Below are positions 54,898-64,000 of a DNA stretch of 64,000 nt, in pieces. The notes under the pieces were generated by a model. That model searched no databases, was not told the origin of the DNA, and was given only the letters and a program-made list of their open reading frames with translations. Origin of the DNA: Malacoraja senta (taxonomy: Eukaryota). Position 1 is the stretch's first letter, and every line of letters starts with the position of its first letter. The stretch is taken from contig CM075994.1 in assembly GCA_038087875.1 (NCBI GenBank), positions 9,364,001 to 9,428,000 of the forward strand, written 5' to 3'. The translations under genes and the position numbers were made by a program.

Positions 54898-56288
54898 AAC
54901 ATAGAAACATAGACAATAGGTGCAGGAGTAGGCCATTTGGCCCTTCGAGCCTGCACCGCCATTCAATATGATCATGGCTGATCATCCAACTCAGTATCCT
55001 GTACCTGCCTTCTCTCCATACCCCCTGATCCCTTTAGCCACAAGGGCCACATCTAACTCCCTCTTAAATATAGCCAATGAACTGGCCTCAACTACCTTCT
55101 GTGGCAGAGAATTCCGCAGATTCACCACTCTCTGTGTGAAAAATGTTTTTCTCATCTCGGTCATAAAAGACTTCCCCCTTATCTTTAAACTGTGACCCCT
55201 TGTTCTGGACTTCCCCAACATCGGGAACAATCTTCCTGCATCTAGCCTGTCCAACCCCTTAAGAATTTTGTAAGTTTCTATAAGATCCCCCCCAATCTTC
55301 TAAATTCTAGCGAGTACAAGCCAAGTCTATCCAGTCTTTCTTCATATGAAAGTCCTGCCATCTCAGGAATCAGTCTGGTGAACCTTCTCTGTACTCCCTC
55401 TATGGCAAAAATGTCTTTCCTCAGATTAGGAGACCAAAACTGTACACAATACTCCAGGTGTGGTCTCACCAAGGCCCTGTACAACTGCAGTAGAACTTCC
55501 CCGCTCCTATACTCAAATCCTTTTGCTATGAATGCTAACATACCAATCGCTTTCTTCACTGCCTGCTGCACCTGCATGCCTACTTTCAATGGCTGGTGTA
55601 CCATGACACCCAGGTCTCGTTGCATCTCCCCTTTTCCTAATCGGCCACCATTCAGATAATAGTCTACTTTCCTGTTCTTGCCACCATAGTGGATAACCTC
55701 ACATTTATCCACATTATACTACATCTGCCACGCATTTGCCCACTCACCCAACCTATCCAAGTCACCTTGCAGCCTCCTAGTATCCTCCTCACAGCTAACA
55801 CTGCCCCCCAGCTTCGTGTCATCCGCAAACTTGGAGATGTTGCATTCAATTCGCTCGTCCAAATCATTAATATATATTGTAAATAGCTGGGATCCCAGCA
55901 CTGAGCCTTGCGGTACCCCACTAGTCAATGCCTGCCATTCTGAAAAGGACCCGTTTACTCCTACTCTTTGCTTCCTGTCTGCCAGCCAGTTCTCTATCCA
56001 CATCGATACCGAACCCCCAATACCGTGTGCTTTAAGTTTGCATACTAATCTCTTATTTGGGACCTTGTCGAAAGCCTTCTGAAAGTCCAGATATAACACA
56101 TCCACTGGTTCTCCCTTATCCACTCTACTTGTTACATCCTCGAAAAATTCTATAAGATTCGTCAGACATGATTTACTTTTCATAAATCCATGCTGACTTT
56201 GTCCAATGATTTCACCACTTTCCAAATATGCTGCTATCCCATCTTTAATAACTGACTCTAGCATTTTCCCACTACCGATGTTAGACTA
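54898..56288 (-). mobile_element. CR1 LINE, 5'-truncated
   Basis: RT fragments 54991-56264; near-identical to 35712-37100. Confidence 0.92.
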
Positions 56289-56389
56289 TGGTAGTGGTAA
56301 CGATGGTAGTCCCGCCATCCCGGGAATTAACCTTGTAAACCTATGCTGCACTCCCTCAATAGCAAGAATGTCCTTCCTCAAATTAGCTG

Positions 56390-56830
56390 GATGTCGTCCT
56401 CAAACTGACACCTGTCAACTGTCAGAGGCCTGAAACCTGTCACGTGAATGTTGACCTGGCTGTTGACAGTGGTCAGTTGTCCAGCTGGTGCTCTTCCCAA
56501 TAACAAGAGCTCAAAAACCCGTTTTCCCCTGGACCAGATGCCTGTGTGGTTTAAATGTTGTTTTGACAATAAAACTATTTTACTCTTCCTGTTTGGTCTC
56601 GCTACATTGGTGACCCCGACGGTCTGAACGTATTCGGATCGGCCGTTATGGACGCAGCAAATAACCTCGACGCCAACCCGCCCCAGTTAAACACAGTCTC
56701 ATTAAAGTTGCCCTTTTCTGGGTGTCACAGCCTCAAGTATGGTTCCAGCACATCGAGGCCCAGTTTCAGGTTCGACTCATAACTGCCAGATATTTTAACG
56801 TGGTCGGCGTCTACCAGCAGGGAGTGGGCC
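56390..56830 (+). mobile_element. Gypsy LTR 3' part, primer-binding site and gag start
   Basis: AATAAA at 56568, ...ctaca|ttggtgaccccgac (PBS-like), ATG at 56648 reading MDAANNLDANPPQLNTVSLKLP-FWVSQPQVWFQHIEAQFQVR with one frameshift. Confidence 0.78.
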
Positions 56831-56889
56831 CGTAGAAAATCGGCACCTAACAATGATTGGGAGACATCGGCGTTGGTGAACGGCCACAT

Positions 56890-57225
56890 GAAATACCGTT
56901 TTGGAGTAATTCAGGACATCAGACACGCATGCACGCAGACAAGATGAGTGTTTTAGTAATATACTTGAAAGTGGGGTTTTGATAAGGTAGAAATATCTGT
57001 CGGTAATGAGTTGAACCTGTAACTGGGCCACGATGTGCTGGAACCATACTCGAGGTTGTGACGCCCAGAAAAAGGGCAGCTTTAGTGAGACTGCGTTTTG
57101 CTGGGCCGGGGTTTTGATAAGTTTTAAATGTCAATATCTTGTAAAATATAACATCAATCTGAACGAAACTTGACACAGGACAATGGTGAGTAAGGAGGCA
57201 TTTTGGTGCTATTGTATACCATTTT
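56890..57225 (-). mobile_element. Helitron head-to-tail junction with captured gag fragment
   Basis: 5' end aagatgagtgttttagtaatata at ~56963 abuts a unit ending CAAG whose interior (~56990-57097) is gag-derived. Confidence 0.65.
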
Positions 57226-57425
57226 NNNNNNNNNNNNNNNNNNNNNNNNNNNNNNNNNNNNNNNNNNNNNNNNNNNNNNNNNNNNNNNNNNNNNNNNNNN
57301 NNNNNNNNNNNNNNNNNNNNNNNNNNNNNNNNNNNNNNNNNNNNNNNNNNNNNNNNNNNNNNNNNNNNNNNNNNNNNNNNNNNNNNNNNNNNNNNNNNNN
57401 NNNNNNNNNNNNNNNNNNNNNNNNN
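57226..57425. other. Assembly gap (200 N)
   Basis: Direct reading. Confidence 1.
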
Positions 57426-58617
57426 GATCTCACTGGCGCTCCACTCCGCTCTGGACCACTTGGACAACAAAAACTCAAATATCAGGCTGTTATTCATTGA
57501 CTACAGCTCGGCGTTTAATACCATCATCCCATCCAAGCTGGTTACCAAGCTCTCAGGTCTGGGTCTCTGCGCAACCCTCTGCAACTAGATCCTCGACTTC
57601 CTCATCCACAGACCACTGTCCGTATTGGTGGACATGTGTCATCCTCGATAACAATCAGCACGGGAGCACCTCAAGGCTGCGTGCTCAGCTCCCTGCTGTA
57701 CTCACTCTATACTCATGGACATAGTGCAAACTCCATCATCAAGTTTGCCGACGACACCACTGTTCTGGGACGTATCACTGATGGTGACGAGTATAGAAGT
57801 GAGATCGACCGATTGACCAAATGGTGCCAGCACAATAACCTGGCTCTCAACACCAGCAAAACCAAGGAACTGATTGTGGACTTTGGAAGGGGTAGGATAG
57901 GGACCCACAATCCCGTTTATATCAACGGGACGATGGTGGAAAGGGTCAAGAACTTCAAATTCCTGGGTGTGCATATTTCCGAAGATCTTTCCTGGTCCCA
58001 GCACACTGATGCAATTATATAAAAAGCACATCAGCGCCTCGACTTCCTGAGAAGATTACAGAGAGTCGGTTTGTCAAAGAGGACTCTCTCGAACTTCTAC
58101 AGGTGCACAGTAGAGAGCATGCTGACTGGTTGCATAGTGGCTTGGTTCAGCAATATGAGCATCCAGGAGCGGTAAAGGATGCAGAAAGTTGTGACCACTG
58201 CCCAGTCCATCATCGGCTCTGACCTCCCCACCATCGAAGGGATGTATCGCAGTCGCTGCCTCAAAAAGGCTGCAGCATCATCAAGGACCCACACCATCCT
58301 GGCCACACACTCATCTCCCCGCTGCCTTCAGGTAGAAGGTACAGGAGCCTGAAATCTGCAACATCCAGGTTCAGGAACAGCTACTTCCCCACAGCCATCA
58401 GGTTATTAAACTCACCATCAAACAACCCCTGAACTGTAAGAGCCTATTGCACTTTATCTGTTTATTTATGTGTGTATATATATATGGTCTATGCTATGTA
58501 GACACACTGATCTGTTCTGTATTTATGCTTACAATTCTCTGTTGTGCTGCAGCAAAGCAAGAATTTAATTGTCCTATCTGGGACACATGACAATAAAACT
58601 CTCTTGACTTGACTTGA
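57426..58617 (+). mobile_element. Rex1/Babar-type LINE 3' part
   Basis: Paralogous to 45884-47082; [13 protein letters not shown]; tail (ttgac)n. Confidence 0.9.
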
Positions 58618-59414
58618 ATCTATCTATCTCTGACGTAAAAATATCAATTCACTTGGCCTCCACAGCCTTCTATTGGAGTTACTGAAGCTGTAAATATACG
58701 TAACCAGCTCCAAAACATAATTCAAATTAATAACAAACAAAAAAGAAAAATGGAAGCAGAATAAGGCCATTCTGCCCATCAAGTCTACTCCATCATTCAA
58801 TCACGGCTGATGTATCTCTCCCTCCTAAGCCCATTCTCCTGCCTTCTCCCCATAACCTCTGACACCCGTACTAATCAAGAATCTATCTGTGCCTTAAAAA
58901 AATATCCATTGACTTGGCCTCCACAGCCGTCTGTGGCAATGAATTCCTCAGATTCACCCTCCTCTGACTAAAGAAATTCCTCCTCATCTCCTTCCTAAAG
59001 GAGCGTCGTTTAATAAGTGAACTCGGTATCACAACTGCCCAGGTCATGGGTCATTCGGGATAAACACTCTCGCCAGCTGAGCGACTGTGTGTGTACGGAC
59101 CTGCGTATTCATTTCAGTGAGATTTATAAATGAACTAGACTAAGTGGGACCCGTTGGATCCCTGCTTCACACGGGAGGGCTGATCCCCCAACACAATATT
59201 CCACCTTTCCACCAATTCCAATATTGGAGGCGTACTGGAGCGCTAGTATGAATGTTGTGGGCTGAAGGGACTGGTTTCCAGAGGGCTAGTATGGACATTG
59301 TGGGCCGAATCGATTCTTGGGCTGGCAGCTCAATCACTCAAGCCTGGTGTGCTGGTAGCTCACTCACTCACGGCTGGTGGGCTGGCAGTTGACTCACGGC
59401 TATTCCCTTGAAAT

Positions 59415-59795
59415 TCCATTTCAGGCAGGGTGCAAGGCCGCCAAGTACAAGTGCAGTTTCATGCCACTTCAGGCAGGGTGCAAGGCCACCAAGCTCAAGT
59501 GCAGTTTCATGCCACTTCAGGCAGGGTGCAAGGCCACCAAGCTCAAGTGCAGTTTCATGCCACTTCAGGCAGCGTGCAAGGCCGCAAAGCTCAACTACAG
59601 TTTCATGCCACTTCAGGCAGCGTGCAAGGCCGCCAAACTCAAGTGCAGTTTCATGCCACTTCAGGCACGGGTGCAAGGCCGTCAAGCTCAAGTGCAGTTT
59701 CATGCCACTTCAGGCAGCGTGCAAGGCCGCCAAACTCAAGTGCAGTTTCATGTCACTTCAGGCAGTGTGCAAGGCCGCCAAGAGCAAGTGCACTT
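59415..59795. repeat. 48-bp minisatellite inside Helitron H
   Basis: ~8 copies of ttcaggcagggtgcaaggccgccaagctcaagtgcagtttcatgccac. Confidence 0.92.
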
Positions 59796-59814
59796 TTCAA
59801 TAAGGCAACACAGC

Positions 59815-60340
59815 TGTTGCATTTTCAAACCAAAGGCAAAGGCCTCACAATTTTGCATTTTCAAGCCAAAGGCAAAGGCCTCACACTTTAGCATTTTCAA
59901 AAGCAAAGGCCACACACTTTAGCGTTTTCAAAGCAAAGGCCACACCTTTAGCGTTTTCAAAGCAAAGGCCACACACTTTAGCGTTTTCAAAGCAAAGGCC
60001 ACACACTTTAACGTTTTCAAAGCAAAGGAACACTTTAACATTTTCAAAGCAAGCAACACTTTAGCACTTTCAAAGCAAGCAACACTTTTAGCTAGCATTT
60101 TCAAACCTTAAAAACACTTTTAGCAAGCATTTTCAAACCAAAAAACACTTTTAGCAAGCATTTTCAAAGCAAAAAAACACTTTTAGCAAGCATTTTCAAA
60201 GCAAAAAACACTTTTAGCAAGCATTCTCAAAGCAAAAAACACTGTTAGCATTTTCAAACCAAAAAACACCTTTAGCATTTTCAAACCAAAAAACACTTCT
60301 GCATTTTCAAACTACATTTTCAAACTACATTTTCCAAACC
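59815..60340. repeat. Graded 14-36 bp tandem array inside Helitron H
   Basis: Recurrent gcattttcaaa core with a progressively changing spacer. Confidence 0.9.
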
Positions 60341-60416
60341 ACATTAAGGCCACTCACAGTTTAGTAGACTTGTGTTCAGTGTTATTCACAGCTCAGACTG
60401 AGAGACGTGACCCTCT

Positions 60417-60510
60417 CGCACCCCGCACCCCGCACCCCGCACCCCGCACCCCGCACCACGCACCCCGCACCCCGCACCCCGCACCCCGCACCCCGCACCC
60501 CGCACCCCGC
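60417..60510. repeat. (CCCCGCA)n heptamer repeat
   Basis: ~13 copies, inside the Helitron H leader. Confidence 0.95.
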
Positions 60511-61344
60511 CCCCCCATCTTGCAGAGACTGACTGAGGCACTCAACACTTCCGGGTTTTATAGTTCCCTCCCCCTCCCACCGGAAGGGGCGTGGCCTTCA
60601 AGGAATGATTGACAGGAGAGAGAATCTCAACATTATTTACCATTAATAAGTCTTTTATTTTTCATTGATGGGAACAATCCTCTTGTCCTGCCCAGTGGAG
60701 GGGGACTCTGAGTAAGATGGCCAAAAATCACAGCCGTAAGTGGCAGCGTTTTTTCTAAAATCAATATGCAGTGCAACAGGAAGTGGTCAAGATGAGACTT
60801 TTAGTAATAATCCGTCAAATATGTTCGCTGAAGGCCACAGCGTACTGCAGGCTGCACTAATCCACAATTGTATCCATTTAATTTATTCACTCAATACAGC
60901 ACCAGCCTTGAAAAGGCAAGAATGCCTGGAACGAACCTGTCAATGATCAAATCCCTGGCATTAGCCTGAGTCACAGCCATTCATTTTTGATATTGATTTA
61001 TACGAATTACAAGTTGTGTGGTCAACCAATTTGAGACAGTCCTTACATTCCTATCTAAACAACCTCCCTGGATTGAAGGAAACGAGGAGAATGTGCTGTG
61101 TGGGGGGGTGGGTTGGAAAGTTCAGATTGGATTCCAACAGGCTGGTTAAACTTTCCAGGTGGGTTGGCTTAAATAAAGATGCTGTCGCTTTAACCTCTGG
61201 GGTTGGTTACTCCCTTCGGCCACTTGGCAACCTGGGTTGATCTGGTCTGACAACCATCTCGCTAGCTCGCCGCATGACCGATCCTAACGCAGGCTTAATT
61301 CTGCTCCTACCACTTAAATAACTTGTGAGGCCACGTCATTTAAC

Positions 61345-61575
61345 AAGTTGCTGCCTCACACCGCCAGAGACCCAGATTCGATCCCGACCACGGGCGCTGC
61401 CTGTACGGAATTGTACGTTTCTCCCCGTGACCTGCGTGGGTTTTCCCCGGGTGCTCCGGTTTCCGCCCGCACTCCAAAGACGTACAGGTTTGTCAGTTAG
61501 TTGGCTTCGGTAAAAGAGTCCCCAGTGTGTGTCGGATAGTGCTGGTGTGCGGGACAACGGCTGGTCAGCGTGGTA
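61345..61575 (+). mobile_element. HE1/V-SINE-like SINE, decayed
   Basis: gagaccc.g.ttcgatcccgac..cgggcgctg.ctgtacgga.ttgtacgtt core. Confidence 0.72.
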
Positions 61576-61669
61576 AAGTCTAAACTCAGTTTGGATTCCC
61601 CAATGAGAAATGGAGATGTGAAATTAGTTAAAATTGGCATGACACAAAGGTAATGCCAATTTGGCATGA

Positions 61670-63607
61670 CATAAAGGTGGTTATGGGAGATTTCAACATG
61701 CAGGTAGACTGGGAAAATCAGGTTGGTGCTGGACCCCAAGAAAGGGAGTTTGTGGAGTGCCTCCGTGATGGATTCTTAGAGCATCTTGTACTGGAGCCTA
61801 CCTGGGAGAATGCAATTCTGGATTTAGTGTTATGTAATGAACCGGATTTGATAAGGGAGAACTCGAGGTAAAGGAGCCATTAGGAGGTAGTGACCATAAT
61901 ATGGTCAGTTTTAATCTACAATTTTAGAGGGAGAAGGGTAAATAGGAGGTGTTGGTATTACAGTTGAGCAAAGGGGACCATGGAGCCATGAGGGAGGAGC
62001 TGGTCAAAGTTGACTGGAAAGATACCCTAGCAGGGATGACAGTGGAACAACAATGGCAGGTATTTCTGGGAATAATACAGAAGGTGCAGGATCAGTTCAT
62101 TCCAAAGAGGAAGAAAGATTCCAAGGGGAGTAAGGGGCGACCGTGGCTGACAAGGGAAGGCAAGGACAGTATAAAAATAAAAGAGAAGAAGTACAACGTA
62201 GCAAAGATGAGCGGGAAGCCAGAGGATGGGGTAACATTTAAAGAGCAACAGAAGATAACTAAAAAGGCAATATGGAGAGAAAAGATGAGGTACGAAGGTA
62301 AGCTAGCCACGAATATTAAGGAGGATAGTAAAAGCTTCTTTAGGTAAGTGAAGAGGAAAAAACTAGTTAAGGCCAAAGTTGGACCCTTGAAGACTGAAAA
62401 GGGTGAAATTATTATGGGGAACAAGGAAATGGCAGATCTGTTAAACAGGTACTTTGGATCTGTCTTCACAAAGGAGGACACAAACAATCTCCCTGGTATT
62501 AGAATTCATTTGATAAGGTCCCACATGGGAGGTTAGTGGGCAAAATTAGAGCACATGGTATTGGGGTAGGGTGCTGACGGATAGAAAATCAGTTGGCAGA
62601 CAGGAAACAAAGGGTAGGAATTAACGGGTCCCTTTCAGAATGGCAGGCAGTTGCCAGTGGGGTACCGCAAGGCTCGGTGCTGGGACCGCAGCTATTTGCA
62701 ATATACATCAATGATTTAGATGAAGGGATTAAAAGTACCATTAGCAAATTTACAGATGACGCAAAGCTGGGTGGCAGTGTGAACTGTGAGGAGGATGCTA
62801 TAAGGATGTAGGGTGACTTGGACAGGTTTGGTGATTGGGCAGATGCATGGCAGATGCAGTGTAATGTGGATAAATGTGAGGTTATCCACTTTGGTGGCAA
62901 AAACAGGAAAGCAGATTGTTATCTAAATGGTGTCAAATTGGGAAAAGACGAAGTACAACGGGATGTGGGAGTCCTTGTTCATCAGTCACTGAAAGTAAGC
63001 ATGCAGGTACAGCAGGCAGTGAATAAAGCGAATGGCATGTTGGCCTTCATAACACGAGGAGTTGAGTATAGGAGCAAAGAGGTCCTTCTGCAGTTGTACA
63101 GGGCTCCAGAGAGACCACACCTGGAGTATTGCGTGCAGTCTTGGTCTCCAAACTTTAGGAAGGACATTTTCTTGCTATTGAGGGAGTGCAGCGTAGGTTC
63201 ATGAGGTTAATTCCTGGGATGGAGGGACTGTCATATTCTGAGAGAATCGAGCGGCTGGGCTTGTATACTCTGGAATTTAGAAGGATGAGAGGTTATCTTA
63301 TTGAAACATATAAGATTATTAAGGGTTTGGACACGCTTGAGGCAGGAAACATGTTCCCAATGTTGGGCGAGTCAAGAATCAGGGGCCACAGTTTAAGAAT
63401 AAGTGGTAAGCCATTTAGAAACGGAGATGAGGAAAAACCTTTTCACACAGAGAGTTGTGTGTGTGTGGGAATTCTCTGCCTCAGAGGGCGGTGGATGCTG
63501 GTTCTCTGGATGCTTTCAAAGAGTTAGATAGAGCTCTTAGGGATAGCGGAGTCAGGGGATATGGAGAGAAGGCAGGAACGGGTACTGATTGTGGGTGATC
63601 AGCCATG
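61670..63607 (+). mobile_element. CR1 LINE with internal deletion
   Basis: APE end (MGDFN, LDLVL) to RT end; jumps at ~62495-62510 from NNLP to FDKVPH. Confidence 0.9.
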
Positions 63608-63905
63608 GAACCCGGGTTGATGCCTCACTGCTCCAGAGACCCGGGTTCCATCCTGAATACGGGCGCTGTCTGTACGGAGTTTGCACGTTCTCCCAGTGAC
63701 CTGCGTGGGTTTTCCCCGGGTGCTCCGGTTTCGTCCCACTCACACTCCAAACACGTGCGGGTTTGCAGGTTAATTTGCTTCTGTAAAAATTGTCAGTTGT
63801 CCCTGGTGTGTAGGATAGTGTTAGTGTACGGGGTGATCGCTGGTCGGGGCGGACTCGATGGGCCGAAGGGCCTGTTTCCGCGCTGTATCTCTAAACTAAA
63901 CTAAA
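63608..63905 (+). mobile_element. HE1/V-SINE-like SINE with (ctaaa)n tail
   Basis: Core ctgtacggagtttgcacgttctccc; 3' gggccgaagggcctgtttccgcgctgtatctctaaactaaactaaa. Confidence 0.8.
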
Positions 63906-64000
63906 TTCTGTGCCAAGAGCTAACGTGCAACTTGCTTGCTATCCGTCAGGGAAATCCCATGCTTTAGAAACAAGGAACTGCAGATGCTGGTTTACACAAA

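Larger units (their letters stand above)
59135..60810 (-). mobile_element. Non-autonomous Helitron (unit H)
   Basis: CTAG at 59135-59138 plus hairpin gggacccgttggatccc; shares 3' ~250 bp and 5' region with F and G; 5' end gagacttttagtaata. Confidence 0.8.

Noticed and set aside
56919..57724. ORFs spanning the N run
   Set aside because: Artefacts of the assembly gap.

Overview
Repeat-dense vertebrate DNA. The repeat spectrum (CR1 LINEs with (CATAGAAA)n-type tails, HE1/V-SINE-like SINEs, Penelope-derived repeats) suggests a cartilaginous fish, probably a skate or ray; this is inference only. The only host gene I can support is a three-coding-exon Ly6/uPAR (three-finger, CD59-like) gene on the + strand (254-305, 11999-12106, 15298-15485). 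It encodes 115 aa with a signal peptide, a 10-Cys LU domain and a GPI-type tail. Nearly everything else is nested mobile DNA: many CR1 copies, a full-length L1 with a 17-bp TSD, Rex1/Babar and L2-group LINEs, a decayed BEL/Pao LTR element, a solo LTR, Harbinger- and hAT-type MITEs, and non-autonomous Helitrons arranged head-to-tail. The most unusual signals are: (1) a BEL/Pao gag with a duplicated N-terminal module and an in-frame ~170-aa Nopp140/NOLC1-like insert; (2) a U_UUA_AAC slippery heptamer at the CR1 ORF1 stop that would shift -1 into the open ORF2 frame; (3) Helitrons with a TATA/ETS/Inr promoter-like head, captured THAP and Gypsy-gag fragments and copy-specific tandem amplifications, including a 4x YY1/CRE/ETS unit; (4) minimal hammerhead ribozyme motifs; (5) a 13-nt complementarity between the L1 5' UTR and its inter-ORF spacer. 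Family assignments come from motif recognition, not database searches. Boundaries are approximate unless a TSD or terminus is quoted.
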